Notes: a model not told the origin generated them from the sequence alone. A stretch of DNA of 64,000 nucleotides from Bacilli bacterium (GCA_037071015.1 JBAMOY010000001.1:192117-256116); one strand, 5' to 3'. Counted from the stretch's first letter, positions 1 through 10,850 are shown. Numbers and translations are program-made.

Positions 1-3
1 GAT

Positions 4-729
4 ATGATGATAAGAATGCTTTATTTAAATAACAAGAGAATAACATTAGATCTTAGTAAAATGACTATGGTTGGTAGTGGTAAAGAAGGAACTGTCTACC
101 GATATAGTGAAGATAAATGTATAAAAATTTTTGATCATCAACGTTACGATGGAAATCTTTTACCAATTAATAATGATAAGTTTAAGTTATTTACAACGAT
201 TGATACCAAACATATTATTTTACCGGAGAAATTACTATATAATGAGGTGGGAGAAATACAAGCTTATATAATGAATTATATTCGCTCACATTTTAATTTG
301 AGCGAAATTAGAGATAAAAATATTTTAGAACTTATAAATGAACTTAGAGTATTGAGAAGCGACATTGAAATATTAAATCAATATAACATTTTAATAAATG
401 ATTTAAAACCCCCGCATCTTTTATATAATAATGGCTTTTATTTGATTGATAGTAGTCTTTATACTAAATATGAGTATGATCATGTTCTCGATTATGATGT
501 GACTAAACGTAATACTTATTTAGTTAATGAGCTTTTCATCAATGTATTATTAGGTTTAAAAGCTAGTCCTCATGATTTTTCTTTAACATTTAAAGATATA
601 CCATATATATATCGATATTATAATCAAAATAGTATTCCTTTTTTTGCTGATGTTTTAGAGAAAGAAGCTTATGATAAAAAGGTTAAAACCTTAAAACAAT
701 TGCGAGCCTTTTATTATAAAAAGGATTAA
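4..729 (+). CDS. Protein-kinase-like fold protein, possibly truncated at the 5' end by the window edge
   Basis: The N-terminus has a Gly-rich loop (GSGKEGTVY) and a catalytic-loop-like DLKPPH motif, resembling a CotS/APH-type small-molecule kinase fold. The reading frame stays open back to position 1. Confidence 0.35.
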   Translation: MMIRMLYLNNKRITLDLSKMTMVGSGKEGTVYRYSEDKCIKIFDHQRYDGNLLPINNDKFKLFTTIDTKHIILPEKLLYNEVGEIQAYIMNYIRSHFNLSEIRDKNILELINELRVLRSDIEILNQYNILINDLKPPHLLYNNGFYLIDSSLYTKYEYDHVLDYDVTKRNTYLVNELFINVLLGLKASPHDFSLTFKDIPYIYRYYNQNSIPFFADVLEKEAYDKKVKTLKQLRAFYYKKD

Positions 730-734
730 ATTCC

Positions 735-763
735 TTGAAAAACAAATAAAAATATTATATACT
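735..763 (+). promoter_or_regulatory. Sigma-A-type promoter for tig (TTGAAA-17-TATACT)
   Basis: TTGAAA at 735-740, a 17-nt spacer, and TATACT at 758-763. An AGGAGG ribosome-binding site at 777-782 precedes the ATG at 788. Confidence 0.5.
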
Positions 764-787
764 ATAGTAGTGATTTAAGGAGGATTT

Positions 788-2047
788 ATGGAAAAAAATA
801 AAAATGTTAAAGAAATAACTATAAAAATAGAAGGAAAAGTTTGGGAAGAAGCTATGGATAAAGCTTTTGTCGAAGCGAATAAAAAGGCTAAAATTGATGG
901 TTTTCGTCCAGGTAAAGCTCCTAAAGACATCTTTTTAAAAAAGTATGGTAAAGAATCTTTATACTTTGATGCTGCCGATAAAGTAGTTGGTGAAGCATAT
1001 GACAAAGTATTAAAAGATAATAAGGATTTAGAACTAGTTGCTCAACCAGAAGTTAATTTGAAATCTATTGATGAAAAAGGTGTCGAATTTATCTTTACAC
1101 TAACTACTAAACCAGAGGTTATTTTAGGGAAATATAAAGGTTTAAAAGTAAAGAAAGATAAAGTCAGTGTTACTAAGAAAGAGATTGAAGAAGCTATTGA
1201 ACAAATGCGTAGCCGTTATGCTGAAAATGTTAGTAAAGATGGCAAAGTTGAAAATGGCGATATAGCTATTATCGATTTTGAAGGATTTAAAGATGGTGTT
1301 GCTTTTGACGGTGGAAAAGGTGAAAATTATTCTTTAACAATTGGCTCTAATACTTTTATTCCAGGCTTTGAAGAGCAAATTATCGGAATGAATATAGGCG
1401 AAGAAAAGGATATCAATGTTACTTTCCCAGAAGATTATCACAGTGAAGAGTTAAAGGGACAACCTGTTGTTTTCAAAGTTAAAGTTAACGATATTAAAAC
1501 GGTTGTTATTCCAGAATTAAATAAAGACTTTTTTGACGATTTAGGAATGGACGGAGTTGATTCTAAGGAGAGTTTAGAGCATCAACTTGAAGAGACAATG
1601 AAAGCACGTAAAGAAATGGAAGCTGATAATAAATATATGGATGAGTTGTTAGCAGCAGCAGCTAAAGAAACTAAAATTGATCTTCCTGAAGTTATGATTG
1701 CCGAAGAACAACATCGTATGATTCATCAATATGAAGATAATTTAAAAATGCAAGGCTTAACTCTAGAACAATTTTATCAATTTACTAATTCTGATGAACA
1801 AGCATTAAAGGATCAAATGCGTGAAGAGGCTACAAATCGTGTTACTTATCGTTTAATGTTAGAGGAAATAGCTAAAGCTGAAAAAATTAATATTTCAGAT
1901 AAAGAAGCTGATGATGAGGCATCTAAATTAGCTGATAAATATCAAATGAAAAAAGATGAATTCTTAAAAATGTTTGGCGGACTTGAAATGATAAAATACG
2001 ATTTACAAATGCGTCAGGCTATGGAAATTTTGAAGAGTGATAAATAA
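788..2047 (+). CDS. tig: Trigger factor (ribosome-associated peptidyl-prolyl isomerase chaperone)
   Basis: 419 aa with the N-terminal GFRPGKAP ribosome-binding signature, a central FKBP-like domain and a C-terminal arm. It lies upstream of priA. Confidence 0.88.
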   Translation: MEKNKNVKEITIKIEGKVWEEAMDKAFVEANKKAKIDGFRPGKAPKDIFLKKYGKESLYFDAADKVVGEAYDKVLKDNKDLELVAQPEVNLKSIDEKGVEFIFTLTTKPEVILGKYKGLKVKKDKVSVTKKEIEEAIEQMRSRYAENVSKDGKVENGDIAIIDFEGFKDGVAFDGGKGENYSLTIGSNTFIPGFEEQIIGMNIGEEKDINVTFPEDYHSEELKGQPVVFKVKVNDIKTVVIPELNKDFFDDLGMDGVDSKESLEHQLEETMKARKEMEADNKYMDELLAAAAKETKIDLPEVMIAEEQHRMIHQYEDNLKMQGLTLEQFYQFTNSDEQALKDQMREEATNRVTYRLMLEEIAKAEKINISDKEADDEASKLADKYQMKKDEFLKMFGGLEMIKYDLQMRQAMEILKSDK

Positions 2048-2069
2048 AAGGAATTTAATTCCTTTTTTT
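2047..2069 (+). terminator. Rho-independent terminator after tig
   Basis: Hairpin AAAGGAATT-T-AATTCCTTT followed by a T7 run. Confidence 0.5.
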
Positions 2070-2096
2070 GTATGATATAATTAGATAGGTGGTAAT

Positions 2097-4262
2097 ATGG
2101 TAGCAGAGGTATTGATTGAATTAAAGGCTAAGAATATTGCAAATACATTTACTTATTTGATTCCTAAACATCTCACTGTCGAAGTAGGGATGAGAGTTTT
2201 AGTTCCCTTTGGACGTCAAAAATTAGAAGGATTTGTATTGGCAATTAAAGATTTAATTGAAGTGGATTATAGGTTGAAGAATATTATTGAATGTATTGAT
2301 GATCATCCTATTTTAAACAATGAACAATTAGAAATTGGTCGTTATCTTCAAAATAAGACTTTATGCTCATTGATTACTTGTTATCAAACTATGTTACCTA
2401 AAGCTTTAAAAGCGCAACATAAAACTCTTATTAATAAAAAATACATAAAGTATTTAGTTATAAATAATGATATTGAAGCTAAATTTAGTAGTGATAAACA
2501 AAAAGAAATTTATGATTTAATTAAAGAAAAAAAACGAATAGAAAAAAGTGAAGCTAATATGATATCGTCTTCGAGTGTTAAAACATTATTAACTAAAGGA
2601 ATTATTAAGGAAATGCAAGAGGAAACTTATCGTCTATCTAATAGTGTATCAAAAACTACTCAGGAAATGATTTTAAATGATGAACAGCAAGTTGTTGTTG
2701 GAAAGGTTTTAGCGTCTTTAAATTGCTTTTCTCCATTTCTTTTATATGGTGTTACTGGAAGTGGTAAGACCGAAGTTTATATGCATATCATTAAGGAAGT
2801 CATTAATAATGGTCAAGAAAGTTTATTGTTAGTTCCAGAAATTAGCTTAACACCACAAATTGTTCGTCTATTTAAAGAACGATTTGGGGATAAAATTGCC
2901 ATTCTACATAGTAGACTTAGTGATGGTGAAAAGTATGATGAATGGCGCAAGATCGAACGGGGAGAAGTACAAATTGTTATCGGGGCTCGAAGTGCCATCT
3001 TTGCGCCTCTAACCAATATTGGTTGTATTATTATTGATGAAGAACATTCGGATACTTATAAGCAAGAAAATAATCCTAAATATAGCGCTATAGATGTCGC
3101 TATTTATCGCGCTAAATATCATTCGTGCCCGATTATTTTAGGTAGCGCTACACCTAAAATTGAAAGTTATACGCGAGCGAAACTAGGTGTTTATAAACTC
3201 CTTACTATGCGTAAACGAGTTAATAATAACCTGCCACAGACAAAATTAATTGACATGCAAAAAGAAATAAAAACAGGGAATCGTATTTTATCAAGATTAT
3301 TAATCGATAAAATAAATGAGAGATTGGATAATAAAGAACAAGTGATATTATTGTTGAATCGTCGTGGATATAATACGGTTATTACTTGTCAAGAATGTGG
3401 TTATACACAAAAGTGCCCACATTGCGATATCCCTTTAACATATCATAAAAGTTCGAATACGATGCGGTGTCACTATTGTGGATATGGTGATAAAAAAATG
3501 GTTATATGTCCAACTTGTCACTCAGACAATATTAATAATTTTGGTCTAGGTACTCAAAAATTAGAGGAAGAAATCATTAATTATTTTAATACTAGTGTTG
3601 TTCGCATGGACGTTGACACCACTAGTAATAAAGGTGCTCATGAGAGGATTATAAATGATTTTAAAAATCAAAAATATAATATTTTAATCGGTACACAAAT
3701 GATTGCTAAGGGTTTAGATTTCCCTCGGGTAACTTTGGTCGGCGTTTTAAATGGCGATGCTTCTTTAAATATTCCGGATTATCGTAGTGCTGAAAGAACT
3801 TTCTCTTTACTTAACCAAGTCGCGGGTCGGTCTGGCCGTGGTGCTTGGCCCGGCGAAGTAATTATTCAAGGGTTTAATGTCGATCATTATAGCATTACTT
3901 TAGCTAGTCGTCACGATTATGAAACTTTTTACGAAGAAGAAATGAAAATTCGAAAAAAACTGTATTATCCGCCGTATTGTAATATCTGTCTTATTCGTAT
4001 TATGTCTAAAAAAAATGATATGGTTGTAGAAGAAAGTAATAAAATTGCTAATTATTTGAAAAAACATTTAGATCGTTCTATTATTATTTTGGGACCTAGT
4101 AGTGCTAATGTTCCTAAAATAAATGATATTTACTATTATCAGATTATTCTTAAATATAAAGATACTAATCAGATTAAACCCGCTTTATTGTTTATTATAC
4201 AGTCTTATCAGCAGAAACGACATGTCGATATAGATGTTGATTTTTGTCCTTATAAAATATAG
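2097..4262 (+). CDS. priA: Primosomal protein N' (replication-restart helicase PriA)
   Basis: Walker A GVTGSGKTEVY, a DEEH box, and Cys4 zinc-binding motifs (CQECG...CPHCD...CHYCG...CPTCH). 721 aa. Confidence 0.9.
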   Translation: MVAEVLIELKAKNIANTFTYLIPKHLTVEVGMRVLVPFGRQKLEGFVLAIKDLIEVDYRLKNIIECIDDHPILNNEQLEIGRYLQNKTLCSLITCYQTMLPKALKAQHKTLINKKYIKYLVINNDIEAKFSSDKQKEIYDLIKEKKRIEKSEANMISSSSVKTLLTKGIIKEMQEETYRLSNSVSKTTQEMILNDEQQVVVGKVLASLNCFSPFLLYGVTGSGKTEVYMHIIKEVINNGQESLLLVPEISLTPQIVRLFKERFGDKIAILHSRLSDGEKYDEWRKIERGEVQIVIGARSAIFAPLTNIGCIIIDEEHSDTYKQENNPKYSAIDVAIYRAKYHSCPIILGSATPKIESYTRAKLGVYKLLTMRKRVNNNLPQTKLIDMQKEIKTGNRILSRLLIDKINERLDNKEQVILLLNRRGYNTVITCQECGYTQKCPHCDIPLTYHKSSNTMRCHYCGYGDKKMVICPTCHSDNINNFGLGTQKLEEEIINYFNTSVVRMDVDTTSNKGAHERIINDFKNQKYNILIGTQMIAKGLDFPRVTLVGVLNGDASLNIPDYRSAERTFSLLNQVAGRSGRGAWPGEVIIQGFNVDHYSITLASRHDYETFYEEEMKIRKKLYYPPYCNICLIRIMSKKNDMVVEESNKIANYLKKHLDRSIIILGPSSANVPKINDIYYYQIILKYKDTNQIKPALLFIIQSYQQKRHVDIDVDFCPYKI

Positions 4263-4312
4263 TTGTTTCTTCTGTTTTATGATAAAATATATATATAATA
4301 GAGGTGAAAGTT

Positions 4313-5275
4313 ATGAATTTGGAAGATATTCAGGTTGAGAAAGAATTAAAAATTATTTTTATGGGAACACCAGAATTTAGTGTTCCAATTTTATCTGGCT
4401 TAATGGATAATTATGAAATTAGAGCGGTTGTTACACAACCTGATCGACAAGTGGGAAGAGGGGGAGATCTAAAGGCACCACCGGTTAAAGATTTGGCACT
4501 TCAAAAAGATATTTTGGTTTTGCAACCGGAACATATTAAAGATGCTGTTGAAGAAATATTAGATTTAAAACCCGATTTAATTATTACTTGTGCTTATGGT
4601 CAGATTTTGCCACGTGAAATATTAAGAGCTCCACGTCTGGGCTGTATTAATGTTCACGCATCTTTATTACCCCGTTTAAGAGGTGGAGCACCTATTCATC
4701 GGGCGATTATGAATGGTTATAAGAAAACAGGTATTACTATTATGTACATGAGTTCTGGAATGGATGAAGGTGACATTATTAGTCAAAGTGAAATTGAGAT
4801 TTTAGATACTGATACGGCTTCATCATTACACGACAAATTATCACTCATTGGTCGTGATCTATTACTTTCAACTTTACCACAGATTATTGCAGGTACTAAT
4901 GAGCGAATCGCTCAAGATAGTAGTAAAGCCACATATGGATTTAATATTAAAAGGGAAGATGAACGAATTGACTTTTCAAAAACGAAAAGAGAAATTTATA
5001 ACCAAGTGCGGGGTCTTAATTCATGGCCAGGGGCTTATTGTCTATTCGAAGGCAAAGTTTTAAAGATTTGGCAATGTTATCAGACAGATAATTTCTATCC
5101 TGATTTGTTTGACGGTCAAATAACTAATTTATATCAAGATGGTTTTGGTGTTAAAGTGCACAACGGAGAAATTGTCTTTACGGAAGTTCAACCAGAAGGA
5201 AAAAAGAAGATGTCGGCTGTGAGTTTTATCAATGGGAAAAATAAGCAAGAATTAATTGGTAAAATTTTGGATTAA
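4313..5275 (+). CDS. fmt: Methionyl-tRNA formyltransferase
   Basis: N-terminal formyltransferase fold (IIFMGTPEFSVPIL ... VVTQPDRQVGRG ... NVHASLLP) and a C-terminal tRNA-binding domain. ATG 4313 has a GAGGTG ribosome-binding site; the ORF track begins at GTG 4304. Confidence 0.88.
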   Translation: MNLEDIQVEKELKIIFMGTPEFSVPILSGLMDNYEIRAVVTQPDRQVGRGGDLKAPPVKDLALQKDILVLQPEHIKDAVEEILDLKPDLIITCAYGQILPREILRAPRLGCINVHASLLPRLRGGAPIHRAIMNGYKKTGITIMYMSSGMDEGDIISQSEIEILDTDTASSLHDKLSLIGRDLLLSTLPQIIAGTNERIAQDSSKATYGFNIKREDERIDFSKTKREIYNQVRGLNSWPGAYCLFEGKVLKIWQCYQTDNFYPDLFDGQITNLYQDGFGVKVHNGEIVFTEVQPEGKKKMSAVSFINGKNKQELIGKILD

Positions 5276-5283
5276 GAGGGTTT

Positions 5284-5946
5284 ATGAAGTTTGTGGAATT
5301 TTGGAATCTGGTTAAAGAAGCTTGGAGAGATCCACGTAAAAAAGCTATTATCAAATTAAGTGTTTATATGGTCTTTTTTCTGGTGGTAATTTTAATGATA
5401 AAAGGTAGTCGGTCATTACCTAATCTAGATGAATCACCTAAGATTGATAATAATTATCGTTTCACTTATACATTAAATGATAATATTATTGTTAATGGTA
5501 ATTATGATCAGGATATTATTAGATACGAGCTAGAGACACAGGTTTATTATATCTATGATAATATATATTATAAATTAGTTGACAATACTTTAGTAAATAA
5601 TGTAAGTCCAGGTCTTAAAATTGATAAATTTCTTTTGAATCAGTTAGAATCATATTTATCTAATTCAGAAGAGTTATATAAAACAGAGTTTAAAGATGGT
5701 AGTATAAAAAAAGGTTATCAAATGACGGTGGAAAATTTCGCTTTTATATATGATAATAAAGAAATCATTGACAAAAATTACATTGATTTTAGTGTTACTA
5801 CTAGCGATAATCAAGTAGTTGAAATAATGTTTAATTTAACTCCTTATTTTAGAAATTATTATAATATTCAAAGTGACTATAATCTTAAGATATCATTTAG
5901 TGATTTTAATTCGGCTGACAAACTTGAGTTAAATTTTAGTAAATAA
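5284..5946 (+). CDS. Hypothetical membrane-anchored protein
   Basis: One N-terminal TM helix, then an Asn/Tyr-rich extracytoplasmic region. No recognisable motif. Confidence 0.35.
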   Translation: MKFVEFWNLVKEAWRDPRKKAIIKLSVYMVFFLVVILMIKGSRSLPNLDESPKIDNNYRFTYTLNDNIIVNGNYDQDIIRYELETQVYYIYDNIYYKLVDNTLVNNVSPGLKIDKFLLNQLESYLSNSEELYKTEFKDGSIKKGYQMTVENFAFIYDNKEIIDKNYIDFSVTTSDNQVVEIMFNLTPYFRNYYNIQSDYNLKISFSDFNSADKLELNFSK

Positions 5947-6001
5947 CTTGAACTTATTTTTTAATTATGATATTCTCATACTATAATATTAGGAGGTAGT
6001 T

Positions 6002-6307
6002 ATGGACGTAGTAATTATAATGATTATTTTAGGATGTGTTGTATTTTTCTTTAAACGAACATTTAGTGGGTTTGTTTATGCGGTTGGTGCTGTTGATATT
6101 TTTCTACGGCTATTAGCCTTTTTAAAAATTAATTTATTATCAGGAGAGATTTCTAATTTTATAAGTGCCTATTTACCAACATCGATACCATCTTTAATAA
6201 ATAAATATACTAATGGAGGCTTTAATACTTTTCTAATTTGGATTTATGTAGGTATTATGGTTGTCTTCGAATTTTATATAATCAGAACATTTATCAAAAA
6301 GAGATAA
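6002..6307 (+). CDS. Small integral membrane protein (101 aa, 3 predicted TM helices)
   Basis: Hydrophobic composition. A GGAGG ribosome-binding site precedes the ATG. Confidence 0.35.
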   Translation: MDVVIIMIILGCVVFFFKRTFSGFVYAVGAVDIFLRLLAFLKINLLSGEISNFISAYLPTSIPSLINKYTNGGFNTFLIWIYVGIMVVFEFYIIRTFIKKR

Positions 6308-6353
6308 ATGTTTTTTCAAAATCGTGCTTGCAAACAAATGTTTACTTTTAGTG

Positions 6354-6362
6354 TGATATAAT
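6354..6362 (+). promoter_or_regulatory. Extended -10 element (TGaTATAAT) upstream of ruvA
   Basis: TG at 6354-6355 and TATAAT at 6357-6362. The best -35 match, TTGCAA at 6328-6333, has non-canonical spacing. Confidence 0.3.
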
Positions 6363-6384
6363 GTATAATTAAAATGGTGATATA

Positions 6385-6942
6385 ATGTACGAATATATGA
6401 AGGGAACAGTAACTGATATCGAAAGTGATTATATTGTTTTAGAGAACAATCAAATTGGATATTTAATTTATACAGCTAATCCCTATAGTTTTAATTTAAA
6501 TACAGAATATAAAGTATATCTTTATCAACAAATAAAAGAAGATGAAAATACTTTATATGGATTTAAAAACAAAGAAGAAAAAAAATTATTTTTAAAGTTA
6601 ATTGGTGTTAAAGGTTTAGGCTGTAAGATGGCTTTGCCGATGTTAGCAACAGGATCTATCGATGGTATCGTTGATGCAATTGAAAGAGAAAACATTTTGT
6701 ATTTAAAGAAGTTTCCTAAAATTGGTGATAAAGTGGCTCGGCAAATTATTTTAGATTTGAAAGGAAAATTAGTAATTGCTCCTAAAGATAATGTCGATGT
6801 CACTAATTGCTCCGAATTAGTTGATGCTTTACAGGCTTTGGGCTATAAAAATAGTGAGATAAATAAAGTGATACCCCTTGTAAATGTAAGTTTAAGTGTT
6901 GAAGAGCAAATTAAGGAAGCGTTGAAGTTGCTTTTAAAATAG
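6385..6942 (+). CDS. ruvA: Holliday junction branch-migration complex subunit RuvA
   Basis: N-terminal OB domain (MYEYMKGTV...IVLENNQIGY), a central helix-hairpin-helix pair and a C-terminal RuvB-binding domain. Directly upstream of ruvB. Confidence 0.85.
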   Translation: MYEYMKGTVTDIESDYIVLENNQIGYLIYTANPYSFNLNTEYKVYLYQQIKEDENTLYGFKNKEEKKLFLKLIGVKGLGCKMALPMLATGSIDGIVDAIERENILYLKKFPKIGDKVARQIILDLKGKLVIAPKDNVDVTNCSELVDALQALGYKNSEINKVIPLVNVSLSVEEQIKEALKLLLK

Positions 6943-6960
6943 TGAATGGAGGAGTGCTAA

Positions 6961-7959
6961 ATGGATGAACGTGTTATAACTAATCATGAATTAGCGGAGG
7001 ATAACTTTGAAAAAACAATTCGCCCAGATAGTATTGATGAATATATTGGTCAAACGGCAGTTAAAGAAAATTTAAATGTTTTTATTAAAGCTGCTAAAAT
7101 GCGGGAAGAAGCTCTTGATCATGTTTTGCTGTATGGACCGCCAGGTTTAGGGAAAACAACTTTAGCTTTTATTATTGCTAATGAAATGGGAACTAATATT
7201 AAGACGACGAGTGGACCAGCTATTGAAAAAAGTGGTGACTTGGCAGCTATTTTGTCAACGTTAGAGCCAGGAGATGTCTTATTTATTGATGAGATTCATC
7301 GTATTCCTCGCTATATTGAAGAAATCCTATATTCGGCCATGGAGGATTTCACTTTAGATATAATTGTAGGAAATGAAGCCTCTAGTCGTAATATTAAAAT
7401 AGACTTACCACCATTTACTTTAGTGGGAGCAACCACTAGAGCTGGTGATTTAACAGGACCGATGCGGGATCGCTTTGGGATTATTTCTAAACTAAATTAT
7501 TATACAGTAGACGAATTGACTGAAATAGTGAAACGGACAGGTCGTGTATTAGAATGTGATGTTGATGAAGCCGCCGCTGTTGAATTAGCTAAAAGAAGTC
7601 GTGGAACACCGCGAATTGCTAATCGTCTATTTAAAAGGGTACGTGACTTTGCATTGGTAATGGGAAATGGTTATATCAATTTAGATATTACTAAATTAGC
7701 CTTGGATCGTTTAAAAGTTGATTCAATAGGTTTAGATGAAACAGACTATAATTTATTAAGGGCTATTATTGAAAAGTTTAATGGTGGTCCAGTTGGAATT
7801 GAAGCAATTGCTTCTTCAATTGGTGAAGAGCAAACGACAATTGAAGATGTCTATGAACCATATTTGCTTCAAATGGGATTGCTTAAAAGAACTACGAGGG
7901 GTCGGGTCGTTACTGATAAGGCCTATCAGCACTTAAATATTACCAAGGGAGAATTATAG
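6961..7959 (+). CDS. ruvB: Holliday junction ATP-dependent DNA helicase RuvB
   Basis: AAA+ Walker [15 protein letters not shown], Walker [10 protein letters not shown], sensor and winged-helix regions. 332 aa. Confidence 0.95.
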   Translation: MDERVITNHELAEDNFEKTIRPDSIDEYIGQTAVKENLNVFIKAAKMREEALDHVLLYGPPGLGKTTLAFIIANEMGTNIKTTSGPAIEKSGDLAAILSTLEPGDVLFIDEIHRIPRYIEEILYSAMEDFTLDIIVGNEASSRNIKIDLPPFTLVGATTRAGDLTGPMRDRFGIISKLNYYTVDELTEIVKRTGRVLECDVDEAAAVELAKRSRGTPRIANRLFKRVRDFALVMGNGYINLDITKLALDRLKVDSIGLDETDYNLLRAIIEKFNGGPVGIEAIASSIGEEQTTIEDVYEPYLLQMGLLKRTTRGRVVTDKAYQHLNITKGEL

Positions 7960-8576
7960 TGAACAAAGAACAAATTTTTTATGATATCAATACTTTAAAA
8001 CAAAAAATTATAGAATTATTTGCTTTAGAATATGGGGATATTCCTTCTAGAGATGAATTAATTAAATTTGGTAGTTTAGATCAAATGAAAAGTAAACCAT
8101 TACGTTTGCGTAATCATTTTTTACGGTCTGCCTCAAAAATTTACAATAATTATTCTAATAAAGAAATTATTGACTATATTTTGACTTTAAGTCATCTTAC
8201 TATTAATAATTATCCGATTATGAAATTTTGCGATAATGAATCACTATTGATATTATATAATGTTTATAGTGGGCTGTTAACTGATGATTATGAAAAATAT
8301 AATAAGATAATGGATAAACGAAGAATTATGTCATCTTTAGTATCAAAAATAAATAATATTGTTGGCTATGAAGGTTGGGAACGCCGTAAAGTAGTAACTA
8401 GAAGTATCTGTAATCAATTTATTAAAAGATATGAACAGTTGTTACAGTCTGGAATGGAATTTTCCAAAATCTTATCAACCATACCAAAAGAAATTGATTC
8501 TTTTATATGTGTTGGTCATAAATTAGATTTAGGAGAGTCAATAACTGATATTCCGTTAATTAAAAATAAGAGATAG
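7959..8576 (+). CDS. Hypothetical protein translationally coupled to ruvB (GTG start overlapping the ruvB stop TAG)
   Basis: 205-aa ORF with no recognisable motifs. It sits between ruvB and queA, where Bacillus-type operons have nothing. A terminator follows it. Confidence 0.4.
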   Translation: MNKEQIFYDINTLKQKIIELFALEYGDIPSRDELIKFGSLDQMKSKPLRLRNHFLRSASKIYNNYSNKEIIDYILTLSHLTINNYPIMKFCDNESLLILYNVYSGLLTDDYEKYNKIMDKRRIMSSLVSKINNIVGYEGWERRKVVTRSICNQFIKRYEQLLQSGMEFSKILSTIPKEIDSFICVGHKLDLGESITDIPLIKNKR

Positions 8577-8594
8577 CGTTATCTCTTTTTATTT
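8569..8594 (+). terminator. Rho-independent terminator overlapping the stop codon of the 205-aa ORF
   Basis: AGAGATA-gcgt-TATCTCT hairpin followed by TTTTATTT. Confidence 0.45.
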
Positions 8595-8626
8595 GATATA
8601 ATATAAAAAGTTTGGAAGTGAAAGTT

Positions 8627-9652
8627 ATGAAAACATCGGATTTTAATTTTGAATTACCCTCACATTTAATTGCTCAGACACCGTTAGCGCAAAGAGATGC
8701 TTCGCGCATGTTAGTGTTGGACAAAAAAACAGGATCTATTGAACATCGTCATTTTACCGACATTCTTGATTATTTAAACAAAGATGATGTTTTAGTTGTT
8801 AATGATACTAAGGTTATCCCTGCACGGTTATTTGGAGTTAAAGAAGATACACACGCTGTTATTGAAATTTTAATGCTTAAAGATATTGGCGATAATACGT
8901 GGGAGTGTTTAGTTAAACCTGCAAAGAGAATTAAAGAGGGAACTGTTGTTTCTTTTGGTGATGGTTTGCTTAAAGCTGAATGTATTTCAATTAAGGAAGA
9001 TGGCATTAGAGTTTTTAAATTGCTCTATGAAGGAATTTTATATGAAATTTTAGATGTATTGGGTGAAATGCCACTTCCACCTTATATTCATGAAAAATTA
9101 GAGGATAAAAATCGATATCAAACTGTATACGCTAAAAATATTGGTAGTGCGGCAGCACCAACTGCGGGATTACATTTTACTGATGATTTGTTACAAAAAA
9201 TTGAAGCTAAAGGGGTAAAAATAGTGTATATAACTTTACATGTTGGTTTAGGGACTTTTAGACCAGTGAATGTTGAAGATATCAATAATCATAAAATGCA
9301 TAGTGAATTTTATATGATGAACAAAGTGAGTTCAAATATTTTAAATAATGCGAAGAAAAATCATCATCGTATTATTAGTGTTGGAACAACCTCTACAAGA
9401 ACTTTAGAGACTATCATGGGTCTTTATGGAGAATTTAAAGAGTGTAGTGGTTGGACGGACATCTTTATATATCCTGGTTATGAATTTAAAGCTATCGATG
9501 CTTTAATAACTAATTTTCATTTGCCTAAATCTACACTAGTAATGCTTGTAAGTGCTTTAGCTGGAAAAGATAATATTTTACATGCTTACAAAGAGGCAGT
9601 TAATGAAGAATATCGCTTTTTCTCATTTGGGGACAGTATGTTTATAAAGTAA
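8627..9652 (+). CDS. queA: S-adenosylmethionine:tRNA ribosyltransferase-isomerase
   Basis: The N-terminus ([28 protein letters not shown]) is a QueA signature. An extended -10 TGaTATAAT sits at 8594-8602. ATG 8627 follows a GGAAGTGAAAG ribosome-binding site. Confidence 0.88.
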   Translation: MKTSDFNFELPSHLIAQTPLAQRDASRMLVLDKKTGSIEHRHFTDILDYLNKDDVLVVNDTKVIPARLFGVKEDTHAVIEILMLKDIGDNTWECLVKPAKRIKEGTVVSFGDGLLKAECISIKEDGIRVFKLLYEGILYEILDVLGEMPLPPYIHEKLEDKNRYQTVYAKNIGSAAAPTAGLHFTDDLLQKIEAKGVKIVYITLHVGLGTFRPVNVEDINNHKMHSEFYMMNKVSSNILNNAKKNHHRIISVGTTSTRTLETIMGLYGEFKECSGWTDIFIYPGYEFKAIDALITNFHLPKSTLVMLVSALAGKDNILHAYKEAVNEEYRFFSFGDSMFIK

Positions 9653-9669
9653 GGAGTTTTTGGGGGAAT

Positions 9670-9981
9670 ATGGAAGAAGAAATTACTTTAGAGGAATATA
9701 TTGAAAATTACAATACAGCTATTTATAATTTATATCCGAAATTCTTTGATTATTTAAATTATATAAATATGTCTGCTAACAATATTAATTGGATGGGTGA
9801 ACAGTTATTTAAAGATTATATACAAATAGAAGATTTATATGCTTATTTTAATATAGATAGTTTAATAAATAGTAATAGTGCATTGGCTAAATTGTCGGAT
9901 GATATTTATGAAGATGTTAGTGAATTATTAAATAATGATAGAATAGTTTATCATAAGAAAATAGGTGAAACATGGTCATAG
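9670..9981 (+). CDS. Hypothetical small acidic protein (103 aa)
   Basis: ORF with a ribosome-binding site between queA and miaA. Its end overlaps the miaA start. Confidence 0.3.
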   Translation: MEEEITLEEYIENYNTAIYNLYPKFFDYLNYINMSANNINWMGEQLFKDYIQIEDLYAYFNIDSLINSNSALAKLSDDIYEDVSELLNNDRIVYHKKIGETWS

Positions 9982-10850
9982 TAATAGTAGGACCTACAGC
10001 TGTAGGTAAAACAAAATTAAGTATAGAGTTAGCTAAAAAGTATGGTGGTGAGATTATTAATGCTGATAGTACGCAGATTTACAAGGGCTTAGATATTGCT
10101 ACAGCTAAGGTAACGGAGAAGGAAAAAGATGGTATCGTTCATCATTTAATTGATATCAAAAACATAACAGAAGATTATACCGTTTTTGATTATCAAACTG
10201 ATTGTCGCAACTGTATTAATGATATACTGAAACGCAATAAGACACCTATCATAGTGGGAGGTACAGGTCTATATATTAAAGCAGCTTTATATGATTATCA
10301 ATTCGAAAGTGAGAATGACTATGAGGCTTATGATAAATTAGATAATGATACGTTATATAATTATTTATTAAAAGTCGATCCTGAAATAGAAATTCACAAA
10401 AATAATCGTAAAAGAATTATTCGGGCACTTAATTATTATAAGAATAATCATAAAAAATTTAGTGCTAAAGAAAAGACAGATAAATTATTGTATGATGCTA
10501 TTTTTATCGGTTTAACAACTCAGAGAGAAATTTTATATGAGCGTATTAATAAACGCGTGGATGTAATGATTAATAATGGATTATTAGAGGAGGCTAAAAG
10601 AATTTATGACTGTCAAATCCGTACTAAGGCTATTATGACACCAATCGGTTATAAAGAATTATTTCCGTATTTTGATGGCGTTAATTCTTTGAACGATAGT
10701 ATTGATCTTATTAAGCAGCATAGTAGGAAGTATGCAAAAAGACAATATACTTGGTTTAATCATCAAATTCCAGTTAATTGGTTTGAGGTGAATTTTGAAA
10801 ATTTTGACAAAACAATTGGCAATATAGTGAATTTTATAAATGATAAATGA
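9972..10850 (+). CDS. miaA: tRNA dimethylallyltransferase
   Basis: P-loop IVGPTAVGKTKLSIELA followed by INADSTQIYKGLDIATAK, the MiaA signature. 292 aa. Confidence 0.9.
   Translation: MVIVIVGPTAVGKTKLSIELAKKYGGEIINADSTQIYKGLDIATAKVTEKEKDGIVHHLIDIKNITEDYTVFDYQTDCRNCINDILKRNKTPIIVGGTGLYIKAALYDYQFESENDYEAYDKLDNDTLYNYLLKVDPEIEIHKNNRKRIIRALNYYKNNHKKFSAKEKTDKLLYDAIFIGLTTQREILYERINKRVDVMINNGLLEEAKRIYDCQIRTKAIMTPIGYKELFPYFDGVNSLNDSIDLIKQHSRKYAKRQYTWFNHQIPVNWFEVNFENFDKTIGNIVNFINDK

Noticed and set aside
775-1005. Short antisense ORFs from the six-frame track lying inside well-supported genes. Examples: 775..1005-, 2813..3016-, 6525..6803-, 8770..9006-, 20584..20814-, 21124..21357-, 39534..40017-, 56180..56560+, 60925..61348.
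   Set aside because: Each is embedded in the opposite strand of a gene with strong conserved motifs and has no ribosome-binding site. Their low-complexity composition reflects AT-rich antisense translation. I treated them as spurious.
6328-6333. TTGCAA as the -35 element of the ruvA promoter.
   Set aside because: The spacing to the TATAAT at 6357-6362 is 23 nt, outside the 16-18 nt window. Only the extended -10 is reported.
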